Shown here: positions 25,906-32,000 of the stretch, piece by piece
Layout of the letters: each line of letters starts with the position of its first letter
How positions within the stretch are numbered: the first letter of the stretch is position 1
Source: Nitrosococcus oceani ATCC 19707
GTDB lineage: Bacteria > Pseudomonadota > Gammaproteobacteria > Nitrosococcales > Nitrosococcaceae
DNA length: 32,000 nucleotides
NCBI RefSeq assembly: GCF_000012805.1
Contig: NC_007484.1
Span: 1,680,001 to 1,712,000, forward strand
Reading direction: 5' to 3'
The notes under the pieces: model-generated
What the model was told of the DNA's origin: nothing
What the model saw: only the letters and a program-made list of their open reading frames with translations
Databases searched by the model: none
Position numbers and translations under genes: made by a program

Positions 25906-27776
25906 TGCTCAATCCCCGCCTTGAGCCGGCTTTCGGATGCGATCAGAAAATTGCCGGAGGTCACCACCTGATCACCGGGCTCAAGACCGCTTAGAATCTC
26001 GATCCGCCCGCCCGCGCGTTGTCCGGTCTCAACCCGGCGCGGCGCCAACCGTCCGCCGCCCAAGTCCTCGAACACGATGCGGGTCTCGCCGGCGATGATC
26101 ACCGCCTCTTCGGGCACGGTAAGCCGTTGACCTAAATCGGCCTTGAGCTTCACCTCGGCGTACATTTCGGGCTTGAGCACGCCGTCGGGATTCTCCAGGG
26201 TAATGCGCACGCGCCCCGTGCGGCTATCCCCATCCAGGTAGGGATAAACGTAATCGATGTCGCCTTGAAAAACCTGATTCGGCAGATAAGGCAGGTGTAC
26301 CTCGGCTGACATGCCCGCGCGCACCAGCGGCAACTCCGCCTCGTAGACCTCGGCTTCCACCCAGACCCGGGACAGATCGGCGATGCGCATGAGCGTTTCT
26401 CCGGCCTGGCGCGCCGTGCCCTCGACCACGTTCTTCATGACTACCGTACCGCCGAGCGGCGCGTGGATGGGCACGTAATCGAGGGACTCGCCCCGCCGCG
26501 CCAAGGCGGCGATCTCCCCGTTGGTCATGTCCCACAGTTCAAGGCGTTTGCGGGCGGCATCAAGGAGAGTGGATGAGGCGCTACGCTGTCTGAGCGTAAG
26601 GTATTCCTGCTGGGCTGCTAGCAGTTCCGGGCCATACACCGTAAACAGGGGCTGGTCTTTTTTCACCGGTGCGCCGACATACTCAGCATACAATTCGCCC
26701 ACCCAGGCATCGAATTTCAAGCTTACATCCCCAAGCCGCGTCTCGTCATAGCTTACTTGCCCTACAGCGCGAATTGTGCGCTCCAGATCCGTGACTTGCG
26801 CCCGTGCGGTCTCCACCCCGATGAGCTGCCGGCGGCGGGCATCCAAAGTCACTGTGCCGGCAGGCGCGGCTTCAAGGGACTCCTCACTGCCGTCGGCACG
26901 AACAGCACCGGAGGCTACCTCCAACCCCCTGCGGCCGGTGGTCATATCCAGTATTACCGTATGTTCCGGAGCACCGGCCCCATTGAACCACAGCGTCAAC
27001 GGCCAACTGCCTTCCATGGGTAATTCGAGTGATCCGCCATAGATGCCGGGTTTGAGCTCCTTTATCTCGGCGGGTACCTCCATGGCCGGCATGGAACCCA
27101 TCGCTGGCATTGCAGCCATCGCCTCAATTTGGGCATTCTGGAGTGGCTGCCCCTGTTTATTTTGGAGGTAAATCACCACGATATTTTTGCCCACGACGGG
27201 TCTTTTTGGCTTTAAAGCGACATCGAATCGATAGGGACCCGCCACATAAGGCAGAGCGCCGGCCTCGGTGGACGCTTCAGGTGCCGTTTTGAGGGGCCGT
27301 GCGCCGGAAGCCAGCTGTAACCCTTCGCGCCCGGTTGCCAAATCGAACACGAGCCGCGTTTCACCCACCGGCGGCTTGGCAATGCGCAGCGTTAATGGCC
27401 AACTGCCTTCCATGGAAAGATCAAAGGTACCCTGGTACAAGCCTGGTTCGATTGCTTGCATCTCCGCCGGGGCCTGCATGGCGGGCATGGAGCCCATGGC
27501 GGGCATCTCCGCCACGGCATGGATTTGGGCATCACGGATAGGATTGCCTTGGTGGTCCTCGAGTACCACTTGGAGCCGGTTTTCTCCGACCTGGGGCGTG
27601 GCCGGTTGTAGGGCCACACCCACCCGGAACGGGCCTGAGCGATAGGTGGGATGAAGGCCCGTGGGCTTGGGTGCGGTCACGCCGGGCGATGCGGAAGGCG
27701 GGAGTTGCCATCCGATGACTATACCTAGGGCTAGCAATGCCGCTCCAGCGATAAAGAGAAGGAGGAATCGGGTCAC
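25899..27776 (-). CDS. cusB: RND periplasmic adaptor fused to two tandem FixH/YtkA-like Met-rich domains
   Basis: The MFP core begins at about TLDARRRQLIGVETARA. Before it lie two repeats of about 110 aa, each containing MPAMGSMPAM and MEGSWPLTL. The likely start is GTG 27776 behind AAGGAG, overlapping the cusC-2 stop as GTGA. The track ORF extends to 27860. Confidence 0.9.
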   Translation of the reverse strand: MTRFLLLFIAGAALLALGIVIGWQLPPSASPGVTAPKPTGLHPTYRSGPFRVGVALQPATPQVGENRLQVVLEDHQGNPIRDAQIHAVAEMPAMGSMPAMQAPAEMQAIEPGLYQGTFDLSMEGSWPLTLRIAKPPVGETRLVFDLATGREGLQLASGARPLKTAPEASTEAGALPYVAGPYRFDVALKPKRPVVGKNIVVIYLQNKQGQPLQNAQIEAMAAMPAMGSMPAMEVPAEIKELKPGIYGGSLELPMEGSWPLTLWFNGAGAPEHTVILDMTTGRRGLEVASGAVRADGSEESLEAAPAGTVTLDARRRQLIGVETARAQVTDLERTIRAVGQVSYDETRLGDVSLKFDAWVGELYAEYVGAPVKKDQPLFTVYGPELLAAQQEYLTLRQRSASSTLLDAARKRLELWDMTNGEIAALARRGESLDYVPIHAPLGGTVVMKNVVEGTARQAGETLMRIADLSRVWVEAEVYEAELPLVRAGMSAEVHLPYLPNQVFQGDIDYVYPYLDGDSRTGRVRITLENPDGVLKPEMYAEVKLKADLGQRLTVPEEAVIIAGETRIVFEDLGGGRLAPRRVETGQRAGGRIEILSGLEPGDQVVTSGNFLIASESRLKAGIEQW

Positions 27777-29110
27777 GGCGTGATCTCCTTGGCAGGTGGG
27801 AGAGGCGCCGCAGGCGCTGAAATAGAGTCGGCCAGCTGGTCTAGGGGGATGCCCATCCATTGCTCTAGCTGGGCAAGCTGGCGCAAGTAATCGGCCCGTA
27901 CTCGCGCTAATCCGTTCTCGGTGCGTAGTTGCTGGCGCTCAGCATCAATAACATTGAGAAAGGGACCGGCGCCGGCCCGGTAGTCGGCCCGGGCGGCGTC
28001 CAGGTTATCCTGGGCGAGGGGCGCCAGGCGGCGGAGATAGACTTTGATCACCGCTTCATTCTCCTCAACCGCGGCGCGGCTGGCCTCCAGCTCCCCCAGG
28101 AGTCGGGCCTCCCGGTCGGTGAAACGCCACCGGACCTGGCGCAGATCGGCGCGAGCGGCGTCTAGGGCTGCTGACCGCTTGTTGCTGTAATCGAAGGGAA
28201 GATTGATGGAGAAGCCGAGAGTCCAACGTTTAGCCGGATCATCCCAGAAACTGTTGTAACCAGCCATGACCCGAAAATCTGGGTAGAAGTCCTTCTCGGC
28301 TAGCCCGACCTGAGCCTTCGCTCCGGCAATACGGGCGCGGATACGGGCCAGTTCAGGGTGCGCGCGCAGTGCGGTCATTTGGAGTTGGGCGAGCCGAGGG
28401 AGGGGGGTGGTCAATTGGGGAAGCCCGGCGGGTAGCGGCACTCGGGTTTGAGGCGGGCGGTTGAGTAAGGCATTGATACGGGCCTGGACTTCGCGGCGAC
28501 GGCGATCGAGGGTGACCGCCTTAACCTCAAGGCGGGCCTGGGCCACTTCAGCCTGCAAGGCGTCCTGCTGCCCCGCGCGTCCGGCCGCATACTGGATCTC
28601 GGCGATGCGTCGAAGTTCTTGCAGCAGCGCTTGGTGGTCCCGATTAATGGTCAACGCCCGGTGGACGTAGAACCATTCAGCAAAGAGGGTTTTGGCGGCT
28701 GCCGCGACTTGCAGGCGTAAGGCGCCTTCATTCTCGGCGATAGCGCGGGCTTCCTCTTGTGCCGCCTGTTTCTGGAGCGCCAGCTTGCCCGGCCAAGGTA
28801 GCGCTTGGCTGAGTCCCAGCCGTTGGTTGAACCTGCGGGAGCTGTCGAGTGTGTCGGGGGCGGTGGAATAGCTCAGCGTGGGATCGTCCAGGGCGCCTGC
28901 AGGGGCGATGCGGTACTCCGCGGCCTCAAGCGCGGCCTGCCGTGCTTTGAGGCCCGGATGGTGGCTAAGTACCGATTCCACCAATTGCGTCACCGTAATC
29001 CGTGGCTGTCCCGCAATCGGGTCCGGTTCGCTCGCAAATACCTGGGTGCCTGCAATGACCAGTGCCGCGATCAAACCGAGCTCATAGGACAAATGGGCGC
29101 TATAAAACAT
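27773..29110 (-). CDS. cusC: outer membrane factor (TolC/CusC family) of RND system 2
   Basis: Signal peptide, two-repeat OEP architecture, 445 aa. GGAGG lies 6 nt before ATG 29110. It is coupled to cusB-2. Confidence 0.85.
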   Translation of the reverse strand: MFYSAHLSYELGLIAALVIAGTQVFASEPDPIAGQPRITVTQLVESVLSHHPGLKARQAALEAAEYRIAPAGALDDPTLSYSTAPDTLDSSRRFNQRLGLSQALPWPGKLALQKQAAQEEARAIAENEGALRLQVAAAAKTLFAEWFYVHRALTINRDHQALLQELRRIAEIQYAAGRAGQQDALQAEVAQARLEVKAVTLDRRRREVQARINALLNRPPQTRVPLPAGLPQLTTPLPRLAQLQMTALRAHPELARIRARIAGAKAQVGLAEKDFYPDFRVMAGYNSFWDDPAKRWTLGFSINLPFDYSNKRSAALDAARADLRQVRWRFTDREARLLGELEASRAAVEENEAVIKVYLRRLAPLAQDNLDAARADYRAGAGPFLNVIDAERQQLRTENGLARVRADYLRQLAQLEQWMGIPLDQLADSISAPAAPLPPAKEITP

Positions 29111-29113
29111 GAA

Positions 29114-29197
29114 AGACCTCCGGGAAAAGAAATAAAGCGGCGCACAGCCTGCATTGGCATGAGTCTGCGCTTAATCTGTATTAAAGACCGGAGGTCT
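29114..29197 (-). promoter_or_regulatory. long-range anti-SD/SD stem that can sequester the cusC-2 ribosome-binding site
   Basis: On the mRNA, AGACCUCCGG (29197..29188) is perfectly complementary to CCGGAGGUCU (29123..29114), which contains the GGAGG SD of cusC-2. The upstream arm can alternatively fold on itself (AGACC-UCC-GGUCU). Confidence 0.35.
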
Positions 29198-29199
29198 AT

Positions 29200-29640
29200 T
29201 TAATTTCGCAAACGGTGGGTGAACAGGTAAGTGCGAGTTCCAGGGAACCCAGAAGAGAAAGGGGGGATAGGGGGCGCGGTGAGAAGTGGCCTAGGTAACG
29301 CCACCACAAACGTGGCGGGGGGAAGAATGGCAGGGGGAGGTTGAGGGCCGTCCAACAGCATCGCTAGTAGCTGGGAGGAGGCGGGCGAGGGGGCGTGTAG
29401 GCCCGCTAATTGGACCACGCTGACCTGGCAACAATCTGTCCCGGTGTGGCTCTCGGAGGCGCCGCATCCGCCTTCCATTTCGCAGCTATCCGTCACTGGC
29501 TGACCGCAGCAACAGACAAAGCGGGGCTTATCATCCATAAGAGAGCAAGCAAAGATTTCCTGGGATTGGGTACCCAGACCCATAAGCAGAAAAATCCCCA
29601 CCATTATCTGCCGCAGCCGGAGATGGCGAAATAATCTCAT
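29200..29640 (-). CDS. small exported Cys-rich, Pro-rich protein upstream of cusCBA-2 (hypothetical)
   Basis: Signal-like N-terminus MRLFRHLRLRQIMVGIFLLMGLG, a Cys cluster FACS...FVCCCGQPVTDSCEMEGGCG...TDCCQ, and a Pro-rich C-terminal half. It has the same strand and position relative to cusC as ORF 11230..11658. Confidence 0.5.
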   Translation of the reverse strand: MRLFRHLRLRQIMVGIFLLMGLGTQSQEIFACSLMDDKPRFVCCCGQPVTDSCEMEGGCGASESHTGTDCCQVSVVQLAGLHAPSPASSQLLAMLLDGPQPPPAILPPATFVVALPRPLLTAPPIPPFSSGFPGTRTYLFTHRLRN

Positions 29641-29695
29641 GTGCTAAAGTTTATGAGCAATCATGATCCCGAGCAAGCGCCGACCCGCTGCTGGA

Positions 29696-30067
29696 TTAAT
29701 CCTCTACTATTGCCAATTCGTGATGTAACTTCGCAAGTGCCCGGTTCTCTTCTGCTGCTTCCTTATAACGGCGGGTTAAGTTTTGGTAGTGCAGAACCAT
29801 ATAGCTACGGATATTAGGGTAAACGTCGGTGATTTTTTTATATACTTTGGCCAGTTCTTGATATTCTTCCGATTTTTTTTCTAAGCGCTTGGCTTCTTCT
29901 TCATAATGGGCCACTAACCGCTCATGGTCAGCCTTGGTTTTGGCGTTGGCAATTGCCTCTTCAATGTGCTCGATCTCTGATCCTTGGCTATGGGCAAGCA
30001 TGGGTGCAAGAATAAAGGCTATTGTCAGCACCATTTTTGGTACGAGCCCTCCATAAATTCTGTTCAT
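29696..30067 (-). CDS. secreted all-helical protein (hypothetical)
   Basis: Signal peptide ...ILAPMLAHSQG. A charged helical body carries two similar segments, VAHYEEEAKRLEKKSEEYQELAKVYKK and VLHYQNLTRRYKEAAEENRALAKLHHEL. Confidence 0.5.
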   Translation of the reverse strand: MNRIYGGLVPKMVLTIAFILAPMLAHSQGSEIEHIEEAIANAKTKADHERLVAHYEEEAKRLEKKSEEYQELAKVYKKITDVYPNIRSYMVLHYQNLTRRYKEAAEENRALAKLHHELAIVED

Positions 30068-30103
30068 TGTATTGTCTCCTTTGCAAGATCCCGTTTGACT
30101 TGT

Positions 30104-30313
30104 TCAATCAATCTCCCCCGCTTGTGGGCGGAGGCGTTCAATATCATCCCCCCGTTTTTTAACCCAACGCCTAACAGTGATATTAGAAACGCCGCTCAAG
30201 CATTTAATACCACGAAAACCAATCCCTTCAAGATAAAGTTTTATACACCGTTTTTTATAGCCTCGATACCGCGGCATTTCTGACAAGGCATAAAACTTTA
30301 TCTCAAATTGCAA
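30104..30313 (-). pseudogene. IS1-family transposase fragment (helix-turn-helix part only)
   Basis: YKKRCIKLYLEGIGFRGIKCLSGVSNITVRRWVKKRG parallels the InsA HTH region of IS1 ([33 protein letters not shown]). There is no zinc finger upstream and no DDE domain downstream. Confidence 0.55.
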
Positions 30314-30394
30314 TGGTCTATCCTTGAAATAGAAATTTAGAGAAAGTGTTTTGGCACGTCTATATAAAAAATAATCTCTCCTCCGGTGTTTTTA

Positions 30395-31855
30395 ATGAAA
30401 ATAAGCCATTCCCCCAGAGCGTGTAACCGCCTACCGGTTTTAGGAATAATAGCCCTTGCTTTGCTATTCATATTCACCAGTTGCGCAAGTCATAACCTCC
30501 CTTCCCTGGGGGGACAGCCAGGACAAGGCGCACTTTTTGAACCTGAAAACGGGACCATTGCCGCCTCGCCTGAGCAGACCGGGGAAGGGAAGCCATTGTT
30601 TGGCGGCGTCTCATCCCCCGAGCCTGTGCTAACAGAGGGAGAAGCGCTTTCCTTGAGCAAGTTAGAGGCCCTCGCGCGGCAACACAATCCTACTTTGGCC
30701 CAGGCCAAAGCCCAGATCCAGTCAGAACATGCCAAGGCCCTGGAAGCGGGGCTTTATCCCAATCCGGTCATAGGATATATCGGTGAGCAAATCAGCGTGC
30801 GGGGAACCGTGGGTGAATTTCAAGGGGGATTTATCCGCCAGAAAATCGTCACGGCGGGGAAGCTGCGCTTGAGCCGTGAGAAATACCAAGCCCGCGCTTC
30901 TGCCGCGGAGCTTCTTGCCCTGGCCCAGATGTACCGGGTGATTAACGCGGTGCGTATGCAGTTTTACCGGACCTTGGGCGCCGAGCGTAAGCTTGAGGTT
31001 CAACAAGAGCTGCTAGAGACGGCGGAAGATAGGCAGGTGACGGTGCAGGAGATGTTCAACGTGGGACAGGCCAATCGGGCCGATCTTCACCAGACACGGG
31101 TTCTACGCCAGGCGCAGCTACTCAATGTGCAGCAGGCGGAGAATGATTTGGCCATGGAGCGGGAAACTCTGGGAGCGATTATTGGTTTGTTGCAACCCCT
31201 GGGGGAGGTGACGGGGAAGTTGGAAGCTCCTTTGCGGCACCTGGTGTGGGAAGAGGCTCTGGAGCGGCTATTGGCGGAGAGCCCAGAGCTGGCCGCAGCC
31301 CATGCCAATCTTAAAGCCGATGAAATTATGGTGCAGCGGGAAAAAGTGGAACCTATTCCCAATCTATTTATTGAAGGCTCTGCCGGCCGAAACTTTGAGG
31401 CTTCCGAGACCGTCTATGGGGTGAGGGCTTTTGTGGAAGTACCCCTTTTTGATTGGAATCAAGGCACCATTCGGCAGGCTAAAGCAGATTGGCGACGCCA
31501 GCGCAATGAGGTGCGCCGGACGGAACTCAGCTTGCGCCAATCCTTGGCCGACTGGTTTCGCCGTTTTCGCACCGCGCTGCAAAAGGTCACGGAGTATCAA
31601 AATGTCATTTTGCCCCAATCGGAGCAGCGCTATGTCACGCGCCTTAAAAGCTATCGGGCGGATCGGGAAACCTGGCCGGGGGTGTTGGAAGCACAGCAAG
31701 ACTTTTTTCATCGTGGCCTGATTTATATTGACCAACTGGTAGCTTGGCGGCAAGCCCAGGTGGCGATTGATGGCTTTCTCTTGGTAGGGGGGCTGGAGCC
31801 GCCAGCGGGTGTGGTGCCTCCCGGTCACATTGATTCGGTACCTAAACCCCGTTAA
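30395..31855 (+). CDS. outer membrane factor lipoprotein (NodT/TolC family), not followed by RND genes
   Basis: Lipobox FTSC. The OEP repeat character includes LSLSKLEALARQHNPTLAQAKAQ. The start is ATG 30395 (the track gives GTG 30386). Confidence 0.85.
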   Translation: MKISHSPRACNRLPVLGIIALALLFIFTSCASHNLPSLGGQPGQGALFEPENGTIAASPEQTGEGKPLFGGVSSPEPVLTEGEALSLSKLEALARQHNPTLAQAKAQIQSEHAKALEAGLYPNPVIGYIGEQISVRGTVGEFQGGFIRQKIVTAGKLRLSREKYQARASAAELLALAQMYRVINAVRMQFYRTLGAERKLEVQQELLETAEDRQVTVQEMFNVGQANRADLHQTRVLRQAQLLNVQQAENDLAMERETLGAIIGLLQPLGEVTGKLEAPLRHLVWEEALERLLAESPELAAAHANLKADEIMVQREKVEPIPNLFIEGSAGRNFEASETVYGVRAFVEVPLFDWNQGTIRQAKADWRRQRNEVRRTELSLRQSLADWFRRFRTALQKVTEYQNVILPQSEQRYVTRLKSYRADRETWPGVLEAQQDFFHRGLIYIDQLVAWRQAQVAIDGFLLVGGLEPPAGVVPPGHIDSVPKPR

Positions 31856-31908
31856 GGGCGAGCCATGGCATCATGGTCCCCATAATTTCTCAAGGAGGTT
31901 GTTCATCG

Positions 31909-32000
31909 ATGAAAAAGGGCCTAAGCCGCAGGCAATTTCTGGCCACCAGCACCGCGGCAGTAGCGGCGAGCGCTTTAGGCGGAAGAGATGTCCAAGGGCA
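31909..32000 (+). CDS. 5' end of a Tat-exported protein (possibly a multicopper oxidase); truncated by the window edge
   Basis: AAGGAGG RBS, then MKKGLSRRQFLATSTAAVAASALGG with the twin-arginine motif SRRQFL. The identity of the mature protein cannot be seen. Confidence 0.55.
   Translation, partial: MKKGLSRRQFLATSTAAVAASALGGRDVQG

Noticed and set aside
27777-27860. Longer N-terminus for cusB-2 (track start at 27860)
   Set aside because: It would overlap cusC-2 by 88 nt. GTG 27776 follows AAGGAG at good spacing, forms a GTGA stop-start overlap, and begins directly at the hydrophobic signal/anchor.
30352-30367. TGGCAC resembling a sigma54 -24 element upstream of the third OMF gene
   Set aside because: The -12 position reads TATAA instead of TTGC(A/T), and no enhancer-binding protein gene is nearby.
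1-32000. CRISPR arrays, tRNA/rRNA genes, integrase or attachment sites
   Set aside because: I saw no regularly spaced short direct repeats, no cloverleaf-like or rRNA-like sequence, and no integrase-like ORF while reading both strands.

Overview
This looks like a chromosomal window from a gammaproteobacterium, and it falls into two halves. No rRNA, tRNA or CRISPR array was seen. All calls come from reading the sequence and ORF track by eye; no searches or folding programs were run.

**Part 1 (1 to 10.8 kb): a surface-polysaccharide locus.**
- It encodes a Wzy-like membrane protein, an SDR epimerase, a GT4 glycosyltransferase, an FkbM methyltransferase, gmd, a WcaI-like glycosyltransferase and a Wza-like export lipoprotein.
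- An accessory insert splits it at about 4.75-7.47 kb. The insert holds an orphan antitoxin with a 23-codon VapC stub, an intact tnpB with no tnpA (IS200/IS605 family, OMEGA-type), a decayed TnpB fragment abutting its 3' end, and an intact vapBC with a perfect 15-bp palindromic operator.
- A further TnpB 3'-end relic lies inverted at 10.84-11.12 kb.

**Part 2 (11.2 to 32 kb): a copper/silver resistance island.**
- Plus strand: cusCBA copy 1.
- Minus strand: a DUF442 gene with an in-frame TGA, downstream of a persulfide-dioxygenase-like MBL hydrolase.
- A 395-bp structured spacer of unknown function.
- A CopA-type P1B ATPase and a short CDF transporter.
- Minus strand: cusCBA copy 2. Its adaptor carries two tandem Met-rich FixH/YtkA-like domains.
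- An IS1 relic, a third outer-membrane-factor lipoprotein, and the start of a Tat-exported protein.
- Each cus operon is preceded by a small exported ORF rich in Cys/His and Pro.

**Most interesting:**
- The tnpB element together with its two relics.
- The fused Met-rich domains on CusB-2.
- The small Cys-rich leader ORFs, one of which ends 3 nt before an anti-Shine-Dalgarno hairpin that can sequester the cusC-2 ribosome-binding site.
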